NCBI GenBank assembly: GCA_900554415.1
Contig: USGU01000001.1
Span: forward strand, 214,102 to 278,101
Length of the DNA: 64,000 bases
Reading direction: 5' to 3'
Origin: an uncultured Lachnospiraceae bacterium
GTDB lineage: Bacteria; Bacillota; Clostridia; Lachnospirales; Lachnospiraceae
The position numbers were made by a program, and so were the translations under genes. The notes beneath the pieces were generated by a model. It worked only from the letters and a program-made list of their open reading frames with translations, was not told the DNA's origin and made no database searches. Numbering within the stretch: the stretch's first letter is position 1; every line of letters starts with the position of its first letter. Below are positions 43,053-51,778 of this stretch, piece by piece.

Positions 43053-45524
43053 TTATCTGAGCAGCTCGGCAAGCAGCTTTCGTTTGGTTCGGGTGTCGCC
43101 CTCGATATGAAGCTTGGAATAGATTTGGTTGATATACTGCTTGACGCTCCCCTCGGAGAGAAAGAGCTGTTCCGCGATCTCGCGGTTGCTGAGGCGCTGC
43201 GCCATCAGCTCCACGATCTCAAATTCTCGCGGTGTCAGCACGTCGAAGGCTGCCGGGCGCGTGCCGGCTGCGTTTCGCGCCGTTGCCGCTTCGCCAAGCT
43301 CAATGATTTTTGAGAGCAGGTCATTTTTTACCTCCCGTTCCAACAGAGGCTTCAGGATATCATAGTTTTCTACAAACGGCATCACAAGACCGTCCGGTTC
43401 GGCGTCGGAAAGTGCCTTTCTCAGCCATGCGTGGGCTTCCTCGCTCTTGCCCAATTTCTCATAGGCTGCCGCTGTCTGGATGCGTAGGTGCAGCGCCACC
43501 AGCGCATAGTGCATGGCTTCGCAGACCGGCAGCAGCTCTGCGCTATACCCCACCACCCGGACATAAGCACCTTGGGCAAGATACACCTGGTTTTCGATCA
43601 TTTCCATCATAGGCTTACCCGGCGCAAGCATATTGATATCAGAGAGCCGGTGCTGCGAAAAGATTTCAGGGATACTGTCCGTTTCACCCCGCAGCGCATG
43701 GTAATAGGCACTGGTGGCGTTCCAAAGGTTAATCCATGAGGCATCGTGATAGCGCAGCAGCGCCGCATATCGCTCCTCAAAGGTATAGCGCTGCTCCACA
43801 TCGGTATGCAGCGAGAGCCGCCACGACAGAAAGTCGCAGCAGAGTGCCATGTTGATCTGCCCGTTGTCTTTGACCTGCGCATAGGCACGCTCCAGTTCGA
43901 TGTGCGCATCGGTGAAGCGGCCCTGGCAGAACAGCGCCTCGGCGCGCATGATGGTCTCCGCGCCCTGCCCGTGGTGGTTGGTGACCTTATAGTAATGGGG
44001 CATACACTCGTCCATCTCGGCAAGCTCGCTTTCGAGTTCTCCCAGTGCGCGGTAGAACATCATCAGAACGGACGGCGAGCCAAAGGTCCAGCCGCCGCCG
44101 GATTGGATGCTGATGGCGGGGCGGGACATCTGCGCGCTGGCGCTGCGGTGCAGGCGGCTCATGGCGCTGATGTCGTTGTAGCAGAGAAAACTCAGAATGA
44201 GGTCGCATTCGCCCAGCAGGTTGCCGCGTTCTTCTTCGGACAGCTCCGGGTGCTCCTCGATGGCCGTTAGCAGCAGCGCCTTCAGCTCCAGCATTTTTGG
44301 GATTTGCCGCCATGTGAACATCCGGCGCATCAGTACCAGAATGGCGAAAGGATAGGCCTTGAGCGTTTCGGCGGGGCATTTTTCCAGCGCGTCGAGTACG
44401 TCCTCGGGCTTCAGCGACGCAAGCAAAATGCCCGCATCGCTGCGGATGACGCGCAGCAGCGCGTCGTAATTCTCGCTCTTCCTGTAAGCGGCAATGGCAT
44501 GGAGATACTGCCGGTGTTGCTCATACCAGAGGCCGAAGCGCTCCCAATAGAGCCGCTGTGTTTCAGCTTCCATTGCCAAGAAGCAACGTTCGGCGCACTC
44601 CTTCATCATGTGGTGAAAGCGATAGGTCACACCGTCCGGCAGGTGCGTGACAAAGGCGTTCTGCTCCGTCAGCGCAGAGAGAATTTGCCCCGCGTCCCCG
44701 TTGCCTGTGACGCACTGCGCCATTTCAACGGTAAATTCATCAGCAAGTCCCATGACAGCGAGAAACTCCCGCTGTTTTTCCGGAAGGGGATCGATCATGG
44801 CGGCGGTAAAGGTGGCGTAGATGTCAGAATCGCGGCTGGGTAGCACGCCGCGCTCGGAGAGCGTTCGCAGATTCAAATATACGGCGGAGAACCAACCCTC
44901 GCTGGAATAGAGAAGGCTTTCGATCTGCGCTTCGGAAAGCGCTGTTCCGCAGCGATGGGCATAGACGGCGAGCTCCGTGTGGTTCAGGCGCAGCTGCTCC
45001 GTGCCGATCTGATAGACCTTTGCTCCCAGCCGCACCGTCTCCGCAGCGGGCAGAAAACGATCCCGGCTGGCGACGATCAAATGCACATTGATGGGCAGCC
45101 TGTTTGCAAGCATACAAAGAAACAGCGAGGCGCGTCTGTCCGTCAGCAGGTGGAAATCGTCAATGAAGATGTAGCAGGATGTTTCTCCCGCCAACACATG
45201 GCAGAGGTCATCCACCAGCAGTCCGCTGCCCGCTGCGTCCGTGGGGCAGGGGTATTCCCGCAGAAAGGGGAAACCTGCGTGGGCAAACGCCTCCTGTACG
45301 CTTTTCCAGAAGATGGCGAGGTTGCCGGAGTATACGCTGATGCGGATGATTTTCAAGGTTTCCGCCTTGGCGCGCTCACCCAGATACCAGTTCACCGCCG
45401 TGGTCTTTCCGTAGCCCATGGGCGCGACCACGGTCGTCATGGCGCAGCGGGAAATCGGCCGCAGGCTCTCTTGCAGCCGCTCAGATATGTAAATGGTATT
45501 CAGGTTCCATTTCGGTTTTGGCAT
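43053..45524 (-). CDS. MalT-like STAND ATPase / TPR / LuxR-HTH transcriptional regulator
   Basis: Walker A APMGYGKT, Walker B IFIDDFH, SEGW, YRFHH, C-terminal LTPRE..I..L....SNREIAEQLFLSEGSVK....IYSKL. Confidence 0.92.
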   Translation of the reverse strand: MPKPKWNLNTIYISERLQESLRPISRCAMTTVVAPMGYGKTTAVNWYLGERAKAETLKIIRISVYSGNLAIFWKSVQEAFAHAGFPFLREYPCPTDAAGSGLLVDDLCHVLAGETSCYIFIDDFHLLTDRRASLFLCMLANRLPINVHLIVASRDRFLPAAETVRLGAKVYQIGTEQLRLNHTELAVYAHRCGTALSEAQIESLLYSSEGWFSAVYLNLRTLSERGVLPSRDSDIYATFTAAMIDPLPEKQREFLAVMGLADEFTVEMAQCVTGNGDAGQILSALTEQNAFVTHLPDGVTYRFHHMMKECAERCFLAMEAETQRLYWERFGLWYEQHRQYLHAIAAYRKSENYDALLRVIRSDAGILLASLKPEDVLDALEKCPAETLKAYPFAILVLMRRMFTWRQIPKMLELKALLLTAIEEHPELSEEERGNLLGECDLILSFLCYNDISAMSRLHRSASAQMSRPAISIQSGGGWTFGSPSVLMMFYRALGELESELAEMDECMPHYYKVTNHHGQGAETIMRAEALFCQGRFTDAHIELERAYAQVKDNGQINMALCCDFLSWRLSLHTDVEQRYTFEERYAALLRYHDASWINLWNATSAYYHALRGETDSIPEIFSQHRLSDINMLAPGKPMMEMIENQVYLAQGAYVRVVGYSAELLPVCEAMHYALVALHLRIQTAAAYEKLGKSEEAHAWLRKALSDAEPDGLVMPFVENYDILKPLLEREVKNDLLSKIIELGEAATARNAAGTRPAAFDVLTPREFEIVELMAQRLSNREIAEQLFLSEGSVKQYINQIYSKLHIEGDTRTKRKLLAELLR

Positions 45525-45614
45525 GGTCAACACCTCTTTGCTTATCATATTTTATTTTCTAACCATGTTGTATATGCATTCCGTTATATATACATTCCAG
45601 TACTTCTACATTCT

Positions 45615-46535
45615 CTAGCGGAAATCCGGGTCCGTCATCTGATAGCAATCCAGTTCACAACAGCAGCCGCCTACTTTGGCATAAACAGATTCTTTGTTCT
45701 TGTACACTTCAATGCCTTCTTCTACTTTAGCCAGCATTTTCTCTCTATCTCTTGGAAGTATGCCTCTGACACGAACCTTCACAAAATCATGGAAACCGTC
45801 ATACTCTACGCCATCTACATCCAGAAGCTCCAGAAGACGTTTTTCTTCTTCCAGATTCTCCAGTTCATCTGCCGGAACAAACAATCCTTTCTCGATATCC
45901 TTGTAAAGTGGTGCTTCTACATGTAAAAACATAGAGAAATTCACAATTTTTTTCGGTTTTGTTTTATTGTAAAATTCTGCAATCGCTTCTGCATTCTCAA
46001 TGCCGCGGCCTTTTCCCGCAATTCCGGTCATCATATGTGCGTCATATTCCAGTCCTGCCTTATGCAGACGTTCAATTGCTTCATATACCTGCGCTTTGTT
46101 GTGGTCTTTACGCATAAAGTGAAGTACATCATCAAGCCCTGTCTCGATTCCAAGATAAAGCTGGTCTACCCCCGCTTCTTTCAGTGCCTTTAACTCTTCA
46201 TCACTCTTTTCCCGGATATTGGTTACCGTAGCGTCCATATTCACGCTCTGACAATCCGGAAAATACTTATGCACCATTTCCAGAATCGTAAGCAATTTTT
46301 CCGTAGCAATTCCAAAAGCATTTCCATCTCCAAGAAACACACGCTTTGGATTACCGCCAATTTCACTTACACGAATCAACTCTGCTTCAACCTGCTCAAG
46401 TGGCAATTCTCTGTATTTCAAATGCTTGAACAATGTACAAAACTTGCATGCATTGTAAGAACATCCTACTGCTACAGGGAGCATAAATGCAGATCTTTCC
46501 ATTGGGGAACGACAAATTTGACCTTCATATTCCAT
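45615..46535 (-). CDS. Radical SAM protein
   Basis: GCSYNACKFC CxxxCxxC motif, FLGDGNA, YLGIETG. Host-like composition. Confidence 0.9.
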   Translation of the reverse strand: MEYEGQICRSPMERSAFMLPVAVGCSYNACKFCTLFKHLKYRELPLEQVEAELIRVSEIGGNPKRVFLGDGNAFGIATEKLLTILEMVHKYFPDCQSVNMDATVTNIREKSDEELKALKEAGVDQLYLGIETGLDDVLHFMRKDHNKAQVYEAIERLHKAGLEYDAHMMTGIAGKGRGIENAEAIAEFYNKTKPKKIVNFSMFLHVEAPLYKDIEKGLFVPADELENLEEEKRLLELLDVDGVEYDGFHDFVKVRVRGILPRDREKMLAKVEEGIEVYKNKESVYAKVGGCCCELDCYQMTDPDFR

Positions 46536-46626
46536 AATGATTCCTCCAGTTTCTTAATACAACTAAACTGTTTCTTAAAATTTACCAGTGTTTTACATTC
46601 TTAAACAGTTTATCTTCTCTCCAAAC

Positions 46627-46667
46627 TTAGAATTTTCCAGCTTTAGCTGCTTCCTCAACGGAAACAG
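46627..46667 (-). other. Prophage attachment junction: displaced 3' end of a GGGtGRT-family gene
   Basis: Minus strand reads GTT TCC GTT GAG GAA GCA GCT AAA GCT GGA AAA TTC TAA = VSVEEAAKAGKF*. I recognise this as the GGGtGRT protein C-terminus. No upstream ORF; phage DNA starts next to it. Confidence 0.7.
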
Positions 46668-46700
46668 TAAATAGCCAATTTATAGGCTTTTAGCATGCAA

Positions 46701-46722
46701 AATCAACAAATAATCAACAAAT
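46701..46722. repeat. Tandem 11-bp direct repeat (putative integrase arm-type sites)
   Basis: AATCAACAAAT repeated twice, about 35 bp inside the att junction. Confidence 0.65.
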
Positions 46723-46798
46723 AGCTTACTATTATCTACTTCATTCTGCATTCAAAAACTATGTCTTTATGCATATAATATCACATCGGGAGAAAAAA

Positions 46799-46829
46799 GA
46801 AAAGGGGCTGCATTTTTCACGAGCCCCTT
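46799..46829 (-). terminator. Terminator of the phage late operon
   Basis: AAGGGGCT...AGCCCCTT stem followed by a long T-tract on the minus strand, just after the last phage gene. Confidence 0.75.
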
Positions 46830-46850
46830 CTCCTAATTCCATTTTGAATT

Positions 46851-47150
46851 TTACCGATTGATTAGATACTCTTGCAATTCATCTCTCGTTGCTTTCATCT
46901 TTTCGATTCCGTTCCCAGTAACGTCATGATTGATTATTACTAATAGACTTTTTAAAATCATCTGATTTGAATCCTCTATCTCTTTCAATCGTTTATTGTC
47001 TTTGTCAAGGAGGTTACCGTGTTGTTCTACCTTGGCTTTTAAATCATCGCTGGGTTTACGGATTTCTTTACCAATTTTCCATAATCCCCAAATAGCTGTT
47101 ATAAAACCACAAAACCAAATAATTTGAGATGTCGTTATGGTGAATTCCAT
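46851..47150 (-). CDS. Phage membrane protein (one TM plus coiled coil, holin-adjacent)
   Basis: N-terminal hydrophobic helix followed by a heptad-like region. Coupled to the holin stop codon. Confidence 0.7.
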   Translation of the reverse strand: MEFTITTSQIIWFCGFITAIWGLWKIGKEIRKPSDDLKAKVEQHGNLLDKDNKRLKEIEDSNQMILKSLLVIINHDVTGNGIEKMKATRDELQEYLINR

Positions 47151-47434
47151 TATTCGCTCTCCTTATTAGTATTGTTTTTACCTTCAATAAACGCTTTGAA
47201 ACCCTGATGGAAACCGGTAGAAGCTAATCCCATAACAGCTCCATATACTGCTGACTCGATTGTTAAGCCGCTAACAACCAAATTCAGAACAGCTCCAATA
47301 ACTGCTAAAATCACCGGGATATCGTCGTTTGAAATCCACGTTAAAAAAGTCGCGTGTTTGATGATATATCCAATCACCAGACAAGCAACCATTACTACAA
47401 GTACAAAATGTTCAGTTAAAATTGTAAAGTCCAT
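47150..47434 (-). CDS. Phage holin
   Basis: 94 aa with three TM helices: CLVIGYIIK...NDDIPVIL...GLASTGFHQ.FK. Confidence 0.88.
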   Translation of the reverse strand: MDFTILTEHFVLVVMVACLVIGYIIKHATFLTWISNDDIPVILAVIGAVLNLVVSGLTIESAVYGAVMGLASTGFHQGFKAFIEGKNNTNKESE

Positions 47435-47446
47435 ACCTATACCTCC

Positions 47447-47740
47447 TTATACATCTTCTGCGCCTTCAAATTCAGGCTGTTGTTTTAACCATTCATATGC
47501 ATTCTTAATGTTCATGTTTTCGTCGTAATCAAATGATAAGTAATCTCCGTCTGTATACGGAAATGTTGGGTTCTGAATCTCACCACGAGCGTATGCCTTT
47601 TCGTATTCTCGGCAGTCTTCATTTAGGTATGAATTAACCAAGATACAACATTGCTGATTTACGTCCACCTTTAATGATGTGATTCGATGATACTCTAATA
47701 CTATACCGTTTGATTTCGTAATCTTTTTCTTTAATGCCAC
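47447..47740 (-). CDS. Phage hypothetical protein (tail-fibre-adjacent)
   Basis: GTG after GGAGG. ALKK.I...NG....YHRI...AYEWLK..PEFEGAED is a pattern typical of genes that follow fibre genes. Confidence 0.75.
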   Translation of the reverse strand: MALKKKITKSNGIVLEYHRITSLKVDVNQQCCILVNSYLNEDCREYEKAYARGEIQNPTFPYTDGDYLSFDYDENMNIKNAYEWLKQQPEFEGAEDV

Positions 47741-47752
47741 ATGAATCACCTC

Positions 47753-50620
47753 CTACACACCGACAATTCGTGTCATGATATAATTCCAGTTTGTAATTTT
47801 GATACCGGAATCGGTCGTTTTAGCAGCATCACCATTAAAGTCTGAACCTGTAATAGCTGTATCACCGATATACAGATATTTAGACATAGCATAAGCACCG
47901 CCATAATCAATGGCTGATATTGTATATCCACCATCAAAATTTGCAACTAAATACTTTGGTATGTAATGACATATCATATCAGATTTTGCCGGAGTGCCTG
48001 TCCCGTACCACTGAAAGAATATAACGATACCATTAGCCTGAGCACTGATTGGTTCAGAAAGTACAGCTGTATCAGCTGCTTTCGGATAAGTTGAACCACT
48101 CCATAGTACTGTTTGTGTAGGACTGTAAACTCGTGACCAAGGTCCCCATGTTTTAGCCTGCATTGTGCGAGTATAAATATCGCCAAGATGTGTTGTATAT
48201 GTCTGCTTACAATAATTGTCTGAATATGCTAATGTTTCCAACCATCCATTTGTAGTTGTTGGTCGATTAGTGCTTTCGATTCCAATATACCATTTACCAC
48301 TTCTTATAAGAGTATCACAGTCTGTATTTGTGACTACTGGTATGTCATAGGTTAATGATTTGGTTGCCGTAAGACGAATATTATCAGCATTCATCAACGC
48401 AATATTACCACTGTCTGCTATTAGTTCTGCATCTGCGTGATATGCTCCAATTGTAGCAGTCTCACTAGACATACCAACACCATAGTAGGTACCTCCATTC
48501 CACATTGTTAATGAAGCGGCATCTCCCTTATCCGAAACAGCTTGGTTCGGTAAAAACATTTTTATTTTATTGGCATAATCAGGGTCACAAGTTAACATTG
48601 TATCGTATCCGTTTGCACGAAATGACAGATATCCCTTTCCTAGTGTCAACTTATCAGCACCAAATGATGCCATAACAGTTTGGTCTTTTTGGATATTTAG
48701 ACCGTCGTTTCTCAAAGTAAGAGTCGTGCTGTCTCCTGTTTTACCTAGAGTAATAGTAGTGTCATCATATCTTAGAACTTTCTGAATCTCATCCAATACT
48801 CCCTCTGGTGTACTTCCTACTACATATGTAGTTGTAGTGGTATTGTCTGTATACATGATTATTGTTCTAGACCATAAATATGGTTTCTCAGCAGTTGTAG
48901 CAGGTACTGTTGAAGACCAAGTTCCGGTCGGCGTTGTAGTTCCAGAAGAACTCGTTTGATAAGTAACCGCTGATGACTTAACACCTTTACCAGTTGTACC
49001 AGTATCTCCTTTATCACCATAAACACCGATAACTCGTTTTGTAGTATCAGCGGTTGTGTTATCAGTATATGTGATAGTCTCATAATTCCAAAGATACTTA
49101 TTAGTAGCCGTAAGTGTTGGAACTGTAGAACTCCAAGATGTAGGTATCGTTGAGTTGGAAGTCGATACCGCATAGTGCTCCGTTATTTTACTTATTCCTT
49201 TACCAGTAGCCCCCGTATCTCCTTTTGAACCAGTGTCACCATACGCTCCAATAATACAAGGAGTCGTGATAGCTGCATTCGTTCCATCTGAGTATTTGAT
49301 TACTTCATAGTTCCACAAGTATTTCTTACTTGATGACACCGATTGAACCGTAGTAGTCCATCCTGAGGTGGATGTTGTAACATTACTAGACACCGAAGTA
49401 GCAAGGTAATAATTTACAACCGAACCAATACTCTTTCCATTTGCACCAGCATCTCCCTTTGCACCCGTATCGCCCTTGGTTCCAGTCACACAAACTGCTG
49501 TAGTCGTAGTAGTAGTACTGTCAGTATAGGTAATGACCGATCTTGTCCAGATATACTTTCCGTTTTCCCACCCCGGATATGTAGTACCCCAACTGCCACC
49601 TGATAATGAGGTTGCTGATGTAGATTTGTAATACTGCTCTACAATTGAAGTCACACCTTTTCCCGCAGCTCCTGTTGACCCTGTAGCTCCGGCGATACAA
49701 ACTCCATTTTGATTTGGAGAGTATGTTTTATTCCCAGCGCCATCAGCAGTAACGGTCCTAGACCACATATACTTACCATCTACCCAAGTTGGAGCTTTTG
49801 TAGTCCATGAACCTCCTGCTAATGAAGTAGCCGAAGTGGATAGGTAGTACTCGACGTCTATTTTTGCTATGGAATCCTCCGGTGCAGGAGTCCAATCTGT
49901 TGGTTTATTGCCTTTTTCGAGTTTTGGCAATTTGAAATAGGCATATGCTCCTGCGGTTGATGGTATTACACATAAATATACACGCCATATCTTTTCAGAC
50001 GACCCGCTAGTGAGTGTTACAATAAGTTTTTCATCATCTATAATTTCGTAGTTCTTTCCGAAAGTATTTGTCTCTATTGGACCACCGCCCGCATAGGCTT
50101 TTACATTACCTTTTTTACCATATACGGAGAAAGTATATGTTGTGTTGGGTTCTATCACAACATCTAGGTAAATACCCCATCGTGCCGTTGTATGAACACT
50201 GTCTAAAACTTTAAACCAGTCCCCTTCTTTAGTGACCGTAACACCTGATTCGAGTGTCCATTTAGTCAAATCACCAGAAGATATGGCTAAATTCCTGCCA
50301 CCAATTTCCAGATTGTCAACTGTATTCTGAGCATTATTAGCTTTGTTCCATGCATCTTTAGCCGCTTCATAGCTACTGCTCTTAGATACTTCGGAGAAAC
50401 TGAACGACATATCTGAATACACATTACAGTCTACAAAATATAGAGTATTAGTCGATCCAGACACATAGGCCGGTTCAGTATCGGACCAGCCTGATGGTGG
50501 ATTCGTAGTTGGTTTACTTGGTTTTGCTAAAGTCGATGATTGAAGTTTGTAATAACGGTAAACAGCATACACATCAATCACTTTAGAAATGGTAATCTGT
50601 ATACTTGCCTTTACTGCCAT
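47753..50620 (-). CDS. Tail fibre / receptor-binding protein
   Basis: GGRNL...KLEKGNKPTDWTPAPED carbohydrate-binding-like module, Ser/Thr-rich KYxW repeats with short Gly-X-Y linkers, a pyocin-knob-like region and a C-terminal VLWSG...KYLYI...IVGV domain. Confidence 0.88.
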   Translation of the reverse strand: MAVKASIQITISKVIDVYAVYRYYKLQSSTLAKPSKPTTNPPSGWSDTEPAYVSGSTNTLYFVDCNVYSDMSFSFSEVSKSSSYEAAKDAWNKANNAQNTVDNLEIGGRNLAISSGDLTKWTLESGVTVTKEGDWFKVLDSVHTTARWGIYLDVVIEPNTTYTFSVYGKKGNVKAYAGGGPIETNTFGKNYEIIDDEKLIVTLTSGSSEKIWRVYLCVIPSTAGAYAYFKLPKLEKGNKPTDWTPAPEDSIAKIDVEYYLSTSATSLAGGSWTTKAPTWVDGKYMWSRTVTADGAGNKTYSPNQNGVCIAGATGSTGAAGKGVTSIVEQYYKSTSATSLSGGSWGTTYPGWENGKYIWTRSVITYTDSTTTTTTAVCVTGTKGDTGAKGDAGANGKSIGSVVNYYLATSVSSNVTTSTSGWTTTVQSVSSSKKYLWNYEVIKYSDGTNAAITTPCIIGAYGDTGSKGDTGATGKGISKITEHYAVSTSNSTIPTSWSSTVPTLTATNKYLWNYETITYTDNTTADTTKRVIGVYGDKGDTGTTGKGVKSSAVTYQTSSSGTTTPTGTWSSTVPATTAEKPYLWSRTIIMYTDNTTTTTYVVGSTPEGVLDEIQKVLRYDDTTITLGKTGDSTTLTLRNDGLNIQKDQTVMASFGADKLTLGKGYLSFRANGYDTMLTCDPDYANKIKMFLPNQAVSDKGDAASLTMWNGGTYYGVGMSSETATIGAYHADAELIADSGNIALMNADNIRLTATKSLTYDIPVVTNTDCDTLIRSGKWYIGIESTNRPTTTNGWLETLAYSDNYCKQTYTTHLGDIYTRTMQAKTWGPWSRVYSPTQTVLWSGSTYPKAADTAVLSEPISAQANGIVIFFQWYGTGTPAKSDMICHYIPKYLVANFDGGYTISAIDYGGAYAMSKYLYIGDTAITGSDFNGDAAKTTDSGIKITNWNYIMTRIVGV

Positions 50621-50630
50621 ACGAAATCAC

Positions 50631-51728
50631 CTACTTTTCTAACTGAGCTGTAATAACCGAAGAATTTAATACATGCGCTGCGGTAATAGTATAAGTCTTA
50701 CCAGTAGCTACTGCTGAAGTTCCATCGTCTTTATACCATTTTACACTTCCATAACTACCACATACTCCGGCATCCGTAATTGACTGTTCGACACCACCAA
50801 CAAACACATGAGCCGTAAGAACTGTACTTCCGCTATTATTCTTAAACACTGTTCCATTTGAAGACGTAATAGTCATGGAAATGGCTGCTGCACCAGTAGC
50901 TCCTGTAGTTCCATGAGTACCGATGATAGCCGGTGTTGTCTTAGAGGTTGTCTTATCGGTATATGTAATTAACTGATAACACCAAATGTATTTATTAGTT
51001 GTAGTAGTTGCTGTCGGAGTAGTAGACCATCCAGAAGTATCTACCGTTACTCCACTTCCTGCTGATGTTGTAAGATAATAGTTCACAACGGATGAAATAC
51101 CCTTACCAGTTGCACCGGTAGCTCCTGTTCCACCAGTTGCTCCGTGAGTACCAATAATAACAGGAACCGTATTAGTCGGGTCTCCTGATGAATAAGTGAT
51201 TGTCTGATAGCACCATAAATACTTCTTAGTAGTATCTGTAGTCTGCATTGCCGTAGACCAACCACTTGTTGAAGTTGATACTCCAGTACTGGAAGCAGAT
51301 GCTAAGTAATGATTTGTAACACCAGTGATACTCCTACCTGCAGCACCAGTTGCTCCTGTCTGACCTTTCAATGCAACAGCAAACGAGAATTTTTTATTCA
51401 TTGTAATTCCGTCAACAACCACAGGAATTGTTGCTTCACATGCCGTTGAAATAGTAGCGGTTGTCTTAAATGTAATCTTAACTTTAGCTGTTCCACTATT
51501 TTCTACTGTTGCCGAAATGCCAGTAGGACAAGTAATATCAGCAGCGGCAACACTGACTGCTGAACACTGATTGGTACCGCAAAATGCCACTGCTTCCGTG
51601 GTACATGACTGTCCAGCTGCTACACCGCTCGTGTCTCCAATAAATGTATAAGCCTCGCTTGTTAACATGACCGAATATGCATCGGTAACGTCAATAATCG
51701 TAATTTGGTCGGCTGATTTAATTGCCAT
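50631..51728 (-). CDS. Tail fibre/shaft protein
   Basis: Starts MAIKSADQITIIDVTD. Two KYxW repeats with Gly-X-Y linkers and a C-terminal SSNGTVFKN domain. Confidence 0.85.
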   Translation of the reverse strand: MAIKSADQITIIDVTDAYSVMLTSEAYTFIGDTSGVAAGQSCTTEAVAFCGTNQCSAVSVAAADITCPTGISATVENSGTAKVKITFKTTATISTACEATIPVVVDGITMNKKFSFAVALKGQTGATGAAGRSITGVTNHYLASASSTGVSTSTSGWSTAMQTTDTTKKYLWCYQTITYSSGDPTNTVPVIIGTHGATGGTGATGATGKGISSVVNYYLTTSAGSGVTVDTSGWSTTPTATTTTNKYIWCYQLITYTDKTTSKTTPAIIGTHGTTGATGAAAISMTITSSNGTVFKNNSGSTVLTAHVFVGGVEQSITDAGVCGSYGSVKWYKDDGTSAVATGKTYTITAAHVLNSSVITAQLEK

Positions 51729-51778
51729 TTTGATTTTCCTCCTTGAAAATTTGTTAAAAAAAATAGAAGCCTAAACTC

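Larger units (their letters stand above)
37490..45550 (-). mobile_element. GC-rich horizontally acquired island (regulator, lipoproteins, DUF3137-like proteins); no mobility gene present
   Basis: Abrupt shift to GC-rich, C/G-ending codons with many long antisense ORFs. All real genes are co-oriented and both flanks are AT-richer. Confidence 0.8.

Noticed and set aside
50621..51778. Read-through fusion of Tal and the fibre genes, or stop-codon reassignment in the phage
   Set aside because: The gaps after the TAG stops are out of frame and each downstream gene has its own RBS. Phage ORFs are long and intact under the standard code.
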